Shown here piece after piece: positions 30,275-41,391 of a stretch of DNA of 64,000 bases; position 1 is the stretch's first letter; each line of letters begins with the position of its first letter. The notes under the pieces were generated by a model, which saw nothing but the letters and a program-made list of their open reading frames with translations, made no database searches and was not told the DNA's origin. The DNA is taken from assembly GCA_963796965.1 (NCBI GenBank), contig CAWCNS010000004.1, positions 256,001 to 320,000 on the forward strand. The letters are read 5' to 3'. The DNA comes from Calditrichia bacterium (GTDB taxonomy: Bacteria; Calditrichota; Calditrichia; JAJRVZ01). A program made the position numbers and the translations under genes.

Positions 30275-33200
30275 ATGAGACATTTTGTTTTACCTGTTTG
30301 TGTTATATTGTTTTTATCATTTCTGTTCATTTGCAGCTGTGGTGAAAAAAAGGAATATCTTTCTTCAATTTTTCCTGACTCAACAAAAGGCTTGATTATC
30401 CTGCAGCATGATAATCTGAAATTTCGCAAGGGTCTCGAACAACATGATATGCTTGGCAATAGCGGGTATCGTCTGCATAACACAGGTCTGGTAAAACAGG
30501 TCTTTGGCGACAAATGGGCCAACTCTGCTAAAGTCGCAAAAGCAAAAGAATCCGGACAACCTTATTATTTTGACCGAATCAGTGGGGGGATGCCCTTTCA
30601 ATCCCTGGAGGGAATCAATGACATTGCCAGGCAGTAAAGGATGATCCTCTTTTTCTCGGTTTCCAGGTACATGAATGGGGAAATTCACCTGTCCATGATT
30701 ATCATCGTATACACAGTGAACTTTTGGACAAAGGGTTCCCCCTGGATCGGCAGCATTTTGCACCACTCGAAGGCCGCATCGAGACACCATACTTTTCTGC
30801 AGGGGATTTTAATATTTACAAAGATCTGTATGAACCGCTCCACAGTCTGGCGGATGTTGAGCGATATCTGGAGCGCTATTTTAAAAAGATTATTGATCTA
30901 ACTTACGGACAGGTTATATCCGTGACCGGATTTGCACAGTTTCATCACGCTGCTTTACGATTGGGAGCTAAAAATATAATGCCGGAAATTGGGAGCCAGG
31001 TACCGCTCACTGCCCTTCAGATTGCTTTTGCCAGGGGTGCTGCACGAGAATACGGCAAACCCTTTGGGGTCTATTATGAACCCTGGGGAGGGAGTCCTTT
31101 TGGTTGTGTTTGTGCCCTGGCGTTTTCTCCCTGGTATGCCGGTGTTCAAAAACTGCAAAAGAAAATGGGTGAGTATCGTATCGGTCAGGAATATGGCAGC
31201 AGCCGATCGTTGCAGCGTCGATTATTTTTTTATTCCTGGCTTGCAGGCGCAGCCTACTTGAGTGAAGAATGGGGTGCGGAGAATTATTTTAGCGATTGGG
31301 AAGACTATTCATTGACCGAATATGGGGAAATTGTTCAAGATTTTCGTGTTATCAGTCATCAATATTCCAGGCCAAAGCCAGTCGTTCCGGTGGCATTGAT
31401 TATGCCTGAAGGGACATTTGGTGTGGATATCCGATATATCGCCGGCAATGCAAAGAAATTATACCAAGTGGCACCCACTGATCTTTTTCATGAACAATTG
31501 GCCGCATTTGCTACGGATGTGCTTGCAGCAGAAGTCCAAATAGGTTCTGGTAAAGAATCTGCTAATCTGACACCTTCTCCCTGGATAAGCAGTTTTGATG
31601 TTCTCTCGGCTGAGGTCCCAGAAGAGATTTTAAAAAAATATCAATTCCTGGTTTATTTTGATAAAGCACAAGCCGATAAATCGCCCCTGCCCCAGGAACA
31701 TATTCAGGTTTATCATGGAAAGAAAAGAGAAGCTGATTATTTAATCCAGGTACTCAAACAGTCTATATCACTATCATGTTCAGGGGGAGGTCGGAACTGC
31801 TCATGCCCGTGCTGATGAACAGTATCTCCTGGGTGTATTTCAATAACCACGGAATTACAAAAACGACGGATGGAGAAACAGGCTGATCCAAATGCCGAAA
31901 AAATGGTGACCATTCAGGGTCGTTGTAATGATGTTCGATTCCTGGTCGGTAAAGAATATGCCATACAGGTTGAACCAGGCAGCATTCGTCTTTGTCTACC
32001 CGCCGGGGAGATTGCTCTTCTTTCGTTTCCAGATGATGGGGAGAATGTTTTGACCAATTTTGATTTCAAGTCATTAGTAACAACACCATTCTTGAATTCC
32101 GACGATCGACTCTTTCTAAATGATAAAGAGATATCGATATTCTGTGATACGAAAGATGCAAAAATCTACTACACTTTAGATGGTAGTGAACCAGATAAAA
32201 CGTCAACAACCTATTTCAAGCCCATTACCATTGAGAAAACAACAACACTAAAAATGCGCGCATTTGTAAGGGATCGATCCAGTCCTGTGGCTACAGTTTC
32301 TTTTAAAAAAGCAGAATATGAAAAGTCTGTTAGGCATGGTTCAGTCGAACCCGGGATTTTATTTAAATATTACGAGGGTAATTTTCAACGTATTGAGGAC
32401 TTCTCCAAATTGCAACCTCAAAAATCCGGGATAGTGGAAAATTTTTCCACTGTTCACACATAACAAGAAAGAAAATTTTGCCTTTGATTTTAGCGGATAT
32501 ATTGAAATTCCAGAAGATGGACTTTATACTTTTTATTTATCATCAAATGATGGTTCATATGCTCTATCTAAATGACCGCCTGTTAATCAATCATGATGGA
32601 CTGCACAATGCCGATTTCGAGAAATCCGGAACAATTGCATTAAAGCCAGGTATGCATGCTATCTCTATAAAATATTTCCAGGGAGGAGGGTCACATAAAT
32701 TGAGTATAAGATGGGAAGGACCGGGATTTGAAAAAACCGAAATTCCAAATTCGGTTTTATTTCATAAAGATCAAAGTTTCCATAATGCAGTCCTGTGGCT
32801 GGAAAAAGAAGCAGATCGCATCATCAGAGCCTCTAAACGAACGATGAATGATGGCATTGCTGCATTTCCACCGCAGGTAGGGATTGGATATGAGGCTTTC
32901 TGGCTGAGGGATTATGCTTATATGCTTGAAGGGTCGATCAATTCATTTTCGGATAAGGAACTTACCGATGCCTGCAATTTATTTGTTCGTCATATTCGTG
33001 CAGATGGAGCTGGGGTAGATTGTATCAAATTTGATGAGACACCGATCTATAAACCTGGCTTTGGATCAATGGGAAAAAATCCTGTCGCAGATGGATCCCA
33101 ATTTACAGTAGATGTTGCCTGGCATACCTATCAGAAGACAAAAGACAAGAACCTGCTTAGGCAGATTATTGATCCTTTGATTAAGACTTTAAAAGCAACA

Positions 33201-33896
33201 CCACGCAATCCCGCTACGCATCTTGTCCACATTGTTCCGGGTGATGAGCAGGAACGATGTCCCTATGGCTTTACTGATACAATTGGCAAGCAAGGGGATC
33301 TGTTGTTTTGCTCGCTTCTATATGTTCAGGCCAGCCGACAACTTTCTGACCTTTTAAAGGTACTGGGAAGGGAAGAAGAATCTCAAGAGTGGAAGACGGA
33401 AAGTGAGATGATGGCCGAGAATATCGCTACAACCTTCTGGGATTCAGAATCAGGATTATTCTGGGCTGCCACAGTACAATGTAAACAATCAGATATTTGG
33501 GGGTCTGCCTTTGCTGTGTATCTTGGGGTCGCAAATGAAATACAGGCAAGATCTATTGCCACCTATTTTAAAAATAATTATTCTTCGATTGTGAAAAATG
33601 GTCAGATCAGGCATTTACCCGGAGGGATGTATTGGGAACAGGCCGTATCTAAACCGGATACGTACCAGAATGGGGCGTATTGGGGTACACCAACAGGCTG
33701 GTTTGTTTACACGCTGGACCTGGTGGATCCAAATTTGGCAGATCAAACGGTAATTGATATGGTTAATGATTATAAAGAGCACGGTGCCAACGAGTGGATC
33801 TCAGACAAAGAATATAAATTACCAAATTATCTGGCTAATGCCTCTTTACCGTTGGCAGGGATTCGTGCAATGATTGAACACAGAAATAAAAATTAA
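30275..33896 (+). CDS. Large multidomain lipoprotein: unknown GH-like domain + CHB_HEX_C + PA14 + (alpha/alpha)6 glycosidase-like domain; several frameshifts
   Basis: Lipobox ICSC. ORFs 30275/30724/31870/32478 are bridged by alternative-frame peptides (FLGFQVHEWGNS; FSGYIEIPEDGLYTFYLSSNDG). YEAFWLRDYAY; YQNGAYW. Confidence 0.65.
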
Positions 33897-33979
33897 TATA
33901 ATATAGAGACCTAAAAAAATAGTCAATAGTAATATTAGAATAGTGTAATAGTCTTTTCCCTCATTAAGGAGATCCAAAG

Positions 33980-35770
33980 TTGAACATTAGCATGAATCAA
34001 TTTAGTTTAATTATTGTTTTTTCTATAATAATTATACTGACTTCATGTAACACTGAGCAAAATCACAAAATAGAAGATGAGGGTAAAGAGGTTACGTTAC
34101 TTCTTGAACCAAGGTTTGGTAATCCAAAGAATTTCAGTGGTGATTTTATTCGGTTAAAAGACGGCCGTATTTTGTATTTATATGCATATGGTGTAGGAGA
34201 TGTCGTAGCAGACGACGCTCCCCATTGCACAGTTGCCCGTTATTCCAGTGATGACGGTAAAACGTGGACATCAGATGACGTTATCGTACACATTGAAGGA
34301 GGCCTCTCTTTTTTACGATTACCCGACGGTCGCATCGCCCTGTTTTATCTCCGCGCTAAAGATTCCGGTAAAAACCTATATCCCTATATGATCATCTCCA
34401 AAGATGAAGCAAAGACATGGAGTCCCCCGATTGAAATAGTCAAGAACCCCGGGTATTATACTATAAATAATGATCGTATTATACTGTTAAAAAATGGAAG
34501 AATTATTTGCCCGGTTGCATATTATGTGACTGATGGATCAAGCGACAACAATGGGATATATTCCTACTATTCTGATGATAGTGGCGAAACCTGGTGCAAG
34601 TCTCAACCTGTTCCAAATCCAAATCATGTAGAATTACAGGAGCCTGGAGTTGTGGAATTAAAGAATGGTGAAGTAATGATGTTTATTCGCACTCGTTTGG
34701 GGGTACAATATCTCTCCTATTCCCGGGACAAAGGTGAACATTGGACTCCGGTTCAACCAGGCAACATTCGATCACCCCTTTCGCCGGCATCAATCAAGCG
34801 TATTCCCTCAACAGGTGATCTCCTGCTTGTATGGAACGATAACTATGATCCGGGACATAAAGATGGTGGCAATCGTTCACCACTCAGCATGGCAATATCA
34901 CGGGATGACGGTAAATCCTGGGAAAAAAAGAAAACCATTGAAGGCAATCCGTATGGATGGTACTGCTATACAGCTATTCGATTTTTCGGTGACTATGTCC
35001 TCATGGGTCATGCCACAGGAAATATGAATGAGTATGTCGGTTTAGCAGCTACACAGGTGACTCGGTTAAGTTTAGATTGGGTATATAGAGAAGCAACACC
35101 CAGACCCACTATCGAATCTACTAGCAGCAATTTGGTGGAGTTAAATTGCTCTGATAAAGGGGCGAGAATTTACTACAGTCTTGAACGAAAGATGCCAGAT
35201 ATATTGTATGATTCACCAATCTCAATTTCGCATACAACACCTTTGTGGGTGCAGGCAATAACAAAAGGGAAAGCCAGAAGTGAACTTATTACAACTTATG
35301 TTGGAACGGATATTCTTCAACCATCTTTAAAAACGATTGGTAGTAAAAGGCAAGGCTTAGCTTATGATTACTACGAAGGTATCGTTCCTACAGTTGACAG
35401 CATTGAAAATTTAACCCTTAAAGCAAGAGGTATTACAGAAAATATTAATATTAAAAATCGTATGCGGGATACAAATTTTGCTTTTTTATTCAACGGTTAT
35501 ATTAAAATTCCAGTAGATGGGAAATATACTTTTTATCTTGCTTCCAATGACGGCAGTGCGTTGTATCTTGATAATCATGAACTTATCAATCATGATGGGG
35601 CACATGCTATTACAGAAAAATCTGCTGCGGTTACACTCCGCAAAGGAAAACATAAAATTATTTTAAAGTATTTTCAAATGCAGGGCGGACTAGGCTTGAG
35701 ACTCTACTGGAAAGGACCTGGATTTGAAAAGCAAGGTATTCCTGATTCGGTATTGTTTAATAAGAATTAA
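33980..35770 (+). CDS. Sialidase-like BNR lipoprotein with a C-terminal PA14 domain
   Basis: Lipobox LTSC; Asp-boxes SSDDGKTW, SKDEAKTW, SDDSGETW, SRDKGEHW, SRDDGKSW; PA14 ASNDGSALY. Confidence 0.85.
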   Translation: MNISMNQFSLIIVFSIIIILTSCNTEQNHKIEDEGKEVTLLLEPRFGNPKNFSGDFIRLKDGRILYLYAYGVGDVVADDAPHCTVARYSSDDGKTWTSDDVIVHIEGGLSFLRLPDGRIALFYLRAKDSGKNLYPYMIISKDEAKTWSPPIEIVKNPGYYTINNDRIILLKNGRIICPVAYYVTDGSSDNNGIYSYYSDDSGETWCKSQPVPNPNHVELQEPGVVELKNGEVMMFIRTRLGVQYLSYSRDKGEHWTPVQPGNIRSPLSPASIKRIPSTGDLLLVWNDNYDPGHKDGGNRSPLSMAISRDDGKSWEKKKTIEGNPYGWYCYTAIRFFGDYVLMGHATGNMNEYVGLAATQVTRLSLDWVYREATPRPTIESTSSNLVELNCSDKGARIYYSLERKMPDILYDSPISISHTTPLWVQAITKGKARSELITTYVGTDILQPSLKTIGSKRQGLAYDYYEGIVPTVDSIENLTLKARGITENINIKNRMRDTNFAFLFNGYIKIPVDGKYTFYLASNDGSALYLDNHELINHDGAHAITEKSAAVTLRKGKHKIILKYFQMQGGLGLRLYWKGPGFEKQGIPDSVLFNKN

Positions 35771-35999
35771 GGATTCCATAATTCTTTATTGAGGTTGGGT
35801 AATAAAACACATCGTGTTAACCGGGCTATGGTTAAATGCAGAATTAAATTTTAATTTATTTGTATATACAACGGAGCGTCATAAATAAATGAAATATATT
35901 GTCATATTCCTAATTTCGGCTTTATCTGGAATTTTAAGTTTTTTCACTACTTAGACTTCATTTACAGACGGGCAATATCGTAAGGGTTTATATTATTAT

Positions 36000-36187
36000 T
36001 AACGCTGAGTTCGCAGAGAACGCAAAGAAGATTATTAACTCTTATAACTATAAACTTACCTCCGACTAGGTAAAAAGTAATAATAAATCAATCCTTCTAT
36101 TTAATAAGAAAAGGGATGTCCTGGTTTGTTTGCAATTTAAAAGAATAACTCTGCGGAACTCAGCGATCTCAGCGTCTCTCTGCGTTT
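36000..36187. repeat. REP-like inverted repeat (9-mer periodic family)
   Basis: aacgctgagttcgcagagaacgcaaag versus ctctgcggaactcagcgatctcagcgtctctctgcgtt, around an AT-rich spacer. Confidence 0.75.
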
Positions 36188-36283
36188 ACAAAGAATTACA
36201 TTTATGAAGAATCAGAATATACACATCAAAATACTAATTATAGAAACGACCATTTCGTGTGAAGTAGAACGAAGAGAATAAAA

Positions 36284-38840
36284 ATGAAAATGAATCATTC
36301 ATTAATATTTTATCTATTTATAAGTCTGCTTTTCTTACCCTTTGTTGTACTATCCCAGGATTGGAAAGTAAACAGTGATTACTGGACAGCCACCGATGCG
36401 CTTGGTAGGGAAACACCAAACCAAAGTGAGGTGGGTTCAAAAAAGAGTGACAAATATATTGCCATGTTTTACTGGACCTGGCATACGGATGATCTTGCCG
36501 AATTTTCACCAGTGATGAATATCTCGGAAATTCTATCTCAATATCCCGGAGCCGCATATGATGCAGACCATCTGGCATGGAAGGGGATCTGGGGAGGCGT
36601 TTTCTGGTGGGATGAACCCTTATTTGGTTATTACCGGACAACCGATGAATGGATACTGCGAAAACATGCTGAGATGCTTGCAGATGCCGGCGTAGATGTG
36701 GTTATCTTCGATTGTACCAATGGGAGTTTTACCTGGAAAAGCTCATATATGAAATTACTGGAAGTGTGGGATCAGGCCATGAAGGATGGGGTTAAAACAC
36801 CTCAGATTGCATTTTTACTTCCTTTCAGTACAACCGATGGTTCTTTGGTATCAATCAAAGAATTATATAAAGATTTATATCAACCCGGACGGTATCAGAA
36901 TCTCTGGTTTATGTGGCAAGGAAAACCGCTTATAATGGCATATCCGGAGGTGTTAAAACCTAATAAAGGTGATACAGCCGGATTGAAATTTACAGCAGCA
37001 TCGCCTTTTACGGCAATTGATGTAACCTGCCCTAGCTGGGGCAATAATATCGGGAATCTCACCTTAAAACTCTTTAAATGGAAATCCTCCTATCTTATTA
37101 CGGTAGTTGATACACCAATTGCTGAAAAAATATTTGTTAATTTTTCAGACAATGAACGTCTTCGCCTATCCTTTGTTCAACAGGAGCCCGGGGATTATCT
37201 CTGGCAGCTGAGTAACGGTACAGAAGTTGTTGGTGTTTGGAAATATCCCGAAAGCAATGACCCGGCTGTAAGTTATTTTAACAAAGAAGTTGTAAGTGGT
37301 AACTATGAATGTGGAATTCTTTATACCATCAATTCGGTATTCAGTCCTATAACTAAAGGATCTTCACATATTCCTGTTCAGATTTCGCCGGCTACAGAGG
37401 CAGGATTAGCCGATAGTATAAAGAGTTTTTTTACCTTTCGCCCCGGCCAACCGGATTATGTCAACGGTCCTTCCCGGGGTGATCAATGGGGTTGGCTTGA
37501 AAATTACCCCCAACATGGTTATGTCGGATCTTCGGAAAAAGGCTATGAACAGGTCACCGTAGGAGTGGCACAAAATGCGAGAGATGCCAGTGACGGGCAT
37601 TGTTATGCATTTAATGCACCAGGCAGCTTATGGCCGGAGTTATACACAAAAAAACGGTCAAGATCCCCATCCCGAAGCGTATTTATTTGGACTCAATTTT
37701 GCAGAACAATGGGAAAGGGCATATGAACTCGATCCTGATTTGGTCTTTATCACAGGCTGGAATGAGTGGATAGCGGGACGGCATGAAAACTGGCCTCCGG
37801 CAGATCCTTATAAACCTTTTGCTTTCCCCGATCAGTATGACTGGGATAGGAGCCGGGATATTGAACCGGTTAAGGCCTGGGGAAAAAAGGGGGATGTCTA
37901 TTACATTCAATTGGTGAACAAAATCCGTAAATTTAAAGGAATGGAAAAACAGGATGCCACATCAGCTGAAAAAAGTATAGATATGGAAGTCCTTGACGGT
38001 TGGACAGATGTGAAGCCGGAGTATTGGCATTATAAAGGCAATACCATCCATCGTGATCACAAGGGACAGGGTGATAATCTTGTTTATAAAAATACAAGCG
38101 GCCGTAACGATATTGTACTGGCTAAAATTGCGCGTGATAATAACGATATCTATTTTTATGTTGAAACAGCTGACGATTTTTCGCCAAAAACTGATCCCAA
38201 GTGGATGCGTTTGTTTATTGATAGTGATCGTAATAAAATGACGGGTTGGGAAGGATATGATTTTATAGTCAATCGTTTTAACCCGGGTGATTCTTCAAAA
38301 GTTGAGAAAAGCCAAAAGGAATGGGATTGGGAAGAAGTTGGTTCTGCCGCTTATGTTGTTCATGGTAATGTGCTGCAATTAAAGGTAGAAAGATCCATAT
38401 TGGGTCTGCAAAATACAGAAGACTTCGAATTTGAATTTAAATGGAGTGATAATATGCAGCAGGATGGCAATATCATGGATTTTTATCTAAACGGTGATGT
38501 TGCACCCGGCGGGCGTTTTAATTTTGTATATAGTACTGATAATGCAACGGGTCTAAGTGAAAAAAAAGAGTTGCCCGTACATTTTTCATTGCTGCAAAAT
38601 TACCCTAATCCATTTAATAGCATGACAACCATTAAATATGATCTCTCTGAAGCGGGACCCGTTCAATTATCGGTCTATGATATTTCCGGAAGGAAAATAG
38701 TAGTTCTGGTTGATACTGTCCAGCGTGCAGGTACCCATGACATACTTTGGTCGGCTGAAAATTTTTCAAGTGGTATCTATTGGTTATCCCTTAAGACCAG
38801 TGGCGGTTCACAGCATAGAAAAATGCTCCTGGTAAAATGA
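36284..38840 (+). CDS. GH99/GH71-like secreted glycosidase with a T9SS type A C-terminal sorting domain; frameshifted near 37625
   Basis: MFYWTWH, WWDEPLFGYY, HAEMLADAGVD, FITGWNEW; C-terminal LLQNYPNPFN...SSGIY...KMLLVK. Confidence 0.78.
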
Positions 38841-38879
38841 TTCTGGATACTCGATTCTCGATTAATTATTTGAAATAAC

Positions 38880-38968
38880 CTTCGTGGTTTTCGTGAATCC
38901 TTTGTGTCCTTCGTGATAATCTTCTAGTATCACGAAGTGGCACGAAGCAGGCACGGAGAGCCGCGAAG
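38880..38968. repeat. REP-like hairpin (9-mer periodic family, arms in reversed order)
   Basis: cttcgtgata-N9-tatcacgaag core extended by about 40-bp imperfect arms of CTTCGTG/CACGAAG units. Confidence 0.8.
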
Positions 38969-39046
38969 ATTTTAAGTATTATTTTTATATTGGTACTTAG
39001 ATATAGATATTCTGTTGATCCTGTATAAAAATAAAATTTAAAAGAA

Positions 39047-41320
39047 ATGGGAAAATACATGCGCAAACCAGCAGTTCTTTTTATACTATTTACTATTGTA
39101 ATTCTTCTGGCATGTGGTGATACAAATTCAGATAATTCCTATGAAAACGTGATGCCGACCCTGGGATGTTGGTTCTGGTCAAGTGCTGTATTTGAACCTG
39201 AAGGTTATAAACTTTTTCTGGATCAAGTCAGCAAGCACTCCCCATACAATCTTTTAACAACCAGCATCAGAGCCCCGGAAAAAGAAGTGACAGATGATGA
39301 TGTGCATGCACAAATTAAAGCCGCGGCACTCTATGCTCAAAAACTGGGTATTCCTATTATTATGGATCTCGATGTGAGGTTGGCCCGGCGTGCGTTTGCA
39401 ATTAAATATCCTGATGAGATGCAGGAAATGTTACTCCTTGAAGAAGTAATACTTACACATAAAAAATCTGCCGAGATTGCGGTACATAGTCATGATCTTA
39501 CGGATCATTATACAAATTCGACAACACATTATATCCCTCTGGCAGGTAAACTACAGCGTGTCTATGCCTATGATCGGGATGCCGGGGGTATAGTACCAAA
39601 TACCCTGGAAGATATAACGAATGCCTGTGATGTGATATCTGTATCAAAAGATTCAGTCCAGGTCCGTATTCCGGTTGACCATAAGATCAAGGGAAAGTAT
39701 GCCTGTGCGATGGTCACTTTTACACATCTTTCTCCTGATGTTTTTGCACCACATTTAATGGCCTTTCAACGTGATATTATAAAGAAATATGCGGATACAC
39801 CATTGGCCGGCATTTGTAAAGACGAATGGGGATTTCCTCCTAACTTTGACGGGGTTCCTAATAAAGATCAATTTTGGTATTCAAAACACCGTGCCACGGC
39901 TTATGAAAAGAGGACCGGGGGGCGTGAACTATTGAAGGACTGTCTCTTAATGCACGCGGGTGTAAAGGGTAAGGAAGAGGAACGTCTCCTGGCCATAAAT
40001 CATTTCATGGAGATGAATTTGCAGCGAAATGGTGAGTTAGAAAATGATTTTTATAAAAGCGTAAAGGAGATTTTTGGGACCAAGGCTGTTGTTGCAACGC
40101 ATCCTACCTGGTGGCCTTATCCCGATTTGCGTGAGTTTAAAAAAAATGGTTTGGATTGGTGGATTGCAACACGGGACTGGGCTCAGACAGATGAGTTGAC
40201 CCCCTTTGCTGCCCGAACCGCTCTCAGTAAAAAATGGTCAAGCCCGGTTTGGTATAACATGTATTATTCAAGCAAAATTATCAATTATGAACGATCCATA
40301 TGGAGCGCTGTACTTGGAGGAGGGAGGATCAATTATCACCCCCCTTATCCGGTAACAAATCCCGATAAACTCCGAAACGAGCTTCTGCGTGGAGATCTAA
40401 TGCGTGCAGAAAGCCGTGTTCGATTATTAAACTATATTAGTCGAAGTCCGCTGGATTGTCCTGTGGCAGTTCTTTTTGGTCATACTTCTGCAATGAATTG
40501 GGCAGGTCCTGGTTATAATGATGTGGGCATGGAAGTGGCCGATAATTTCTGGCGCGAAGGATTTCCTGCAGATCTGATTCCAAGCAGCGAAATTGAGAAT
40601 AAAAGTCTATATCTCGATAAAGAAGGATGGATTTGTTATGGCGCACAGCGCTATGCAGCAGTTGTCCTCTATTATCCAGAATTTGAAAAATCCTCTACGG
40701 CCGCTTTTTTTAACAAGGCTGCCAAAGGATCAACTAAACTATTCCGGGTTGGAGACTGGACCCAGGACTTCAATGGCAAGGCAGTTGATGGCAACAGGGC
40801 CCTTCCGGAATCAATGACCTACTATTCTGATGCGACATCTGTAGTGAAAGATATTTGTGATTTTTTAAACAGACAAAGTATCGAACGGCAGTCCTCTGCG
40901 ACAGACAGTTTGGTTGGTTTTCTTAATGTCTCCAGTTCCCCGCCTACAACAGGATTTTGTCGTCTAATTGATGGAACCATAATCCAGGTTGCAGGGACAA
41001 ATAACGTTGCTGGTGATCCCATTCAAGCCACCCATACAATTAAGGGTCATGAGATTGTTTTTGATGCAGAAGGATTGGCAGCTGTTCGGTTGGATGAGAA
41101 AGGCAGTATCGAAGCTCTGGCGGCAGGAGGATTGAAATATTTTAAGGTGGATGATTTTGTAATTTCACTGGACAATCGAATTGATTTGGCGCTCTGGAAA
41201 GATGAAAAGGGTAAATTATGCGGCCTTTTACAAGGCTGGCAGGGCACCATGCCTGCAACTTTGCTGGCTATTACACAAGACTGGAGACATTTGGATGTTC
41301 CGGTTCCACTCTCAGAATAA
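39047..41320 (+). CDS. Hypothetical lipoprotein, probably glycoside hydrolase-like
   Basis: Lipobox LLAC; 757-aa open frame; KDEWGFPP and QTDE acidic motifs. Confidence 0.65.
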   Translation: MGKYMRKPAVLFILFTIVILLACGDTNSDNSYENVMPTLGCWFWSSAVFEPEGYKLFLDQVSKHSPYNLLTTSIRAPEKEVTDDDVHAQIKAAALYAQKLGIPIIMDLDVRLARRAFAIKYPDEMQEMLLLEEVILTHKKSAEIAVHSHDLTDHYTNSTTHYIPLAGKLQRVYAYDRDAGGIVPNTLEDITNACDVISVSKDSVQVRIPVDHKIKGKYACAMVTFTHLSPDVFAPHLMAFQRDIIKKYADTPLAGICKDEWGFPPNFDGVPNKDQFWYSKHRATAYEKRTGGRELLKDCLLMHAGVKGKEEERLLAINHFMEMNLQRNGELENDFYKSVKEIFGTKAVVATHPTWWPYPDLREFKKNGLDWWIATRDWAQTDELTPFAARTALSKKWSSPVWYNMYYSSKIINYERSIWSAVLGGGRINYHPPYPVTNPDKLRNELLRGDLMRAESRVRLLNYISRSPLDCPVAVLFGHTSAMNWAGPGYNDVGMEVADNFWREGFPADLIPSSEIENKSLYLDKEGWICYGAQRYAAVVLYYPEFEKSSTAAFFNKAAKGSTKLFRVGDWTQDFNGKAVDGNRALPESMTYYSDATSVVKDICDFLNRQSIERQSSATDSLVGFLNVSSSPPTTGFCRLIDGTIIQVAGTNNVAGDPIQATHTIKGHEIVFDAEGLAAVRLDEKGSIEALAAGGLKYFKVDDFVISLDNRIDLALWKDEKGKLCGLLQGWQGTMPATLLAITQDWRHLDVPVPLSE

Positions 41321-41391
41321 AAATATTTATATGATACTATAGAATTATCTGATATTTCACTATCTTGGCTGAAATATAGACCGAAAAAAGA

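Noticed and set aside
35889..35954. Short signal-peptide-like reading frame (MKYIVIFLISALSGILSFFTT*)
   Set aside because: It is too short, has no continuation or RBS, and hydrophobic peptides arise easily in AT-rich DNA.
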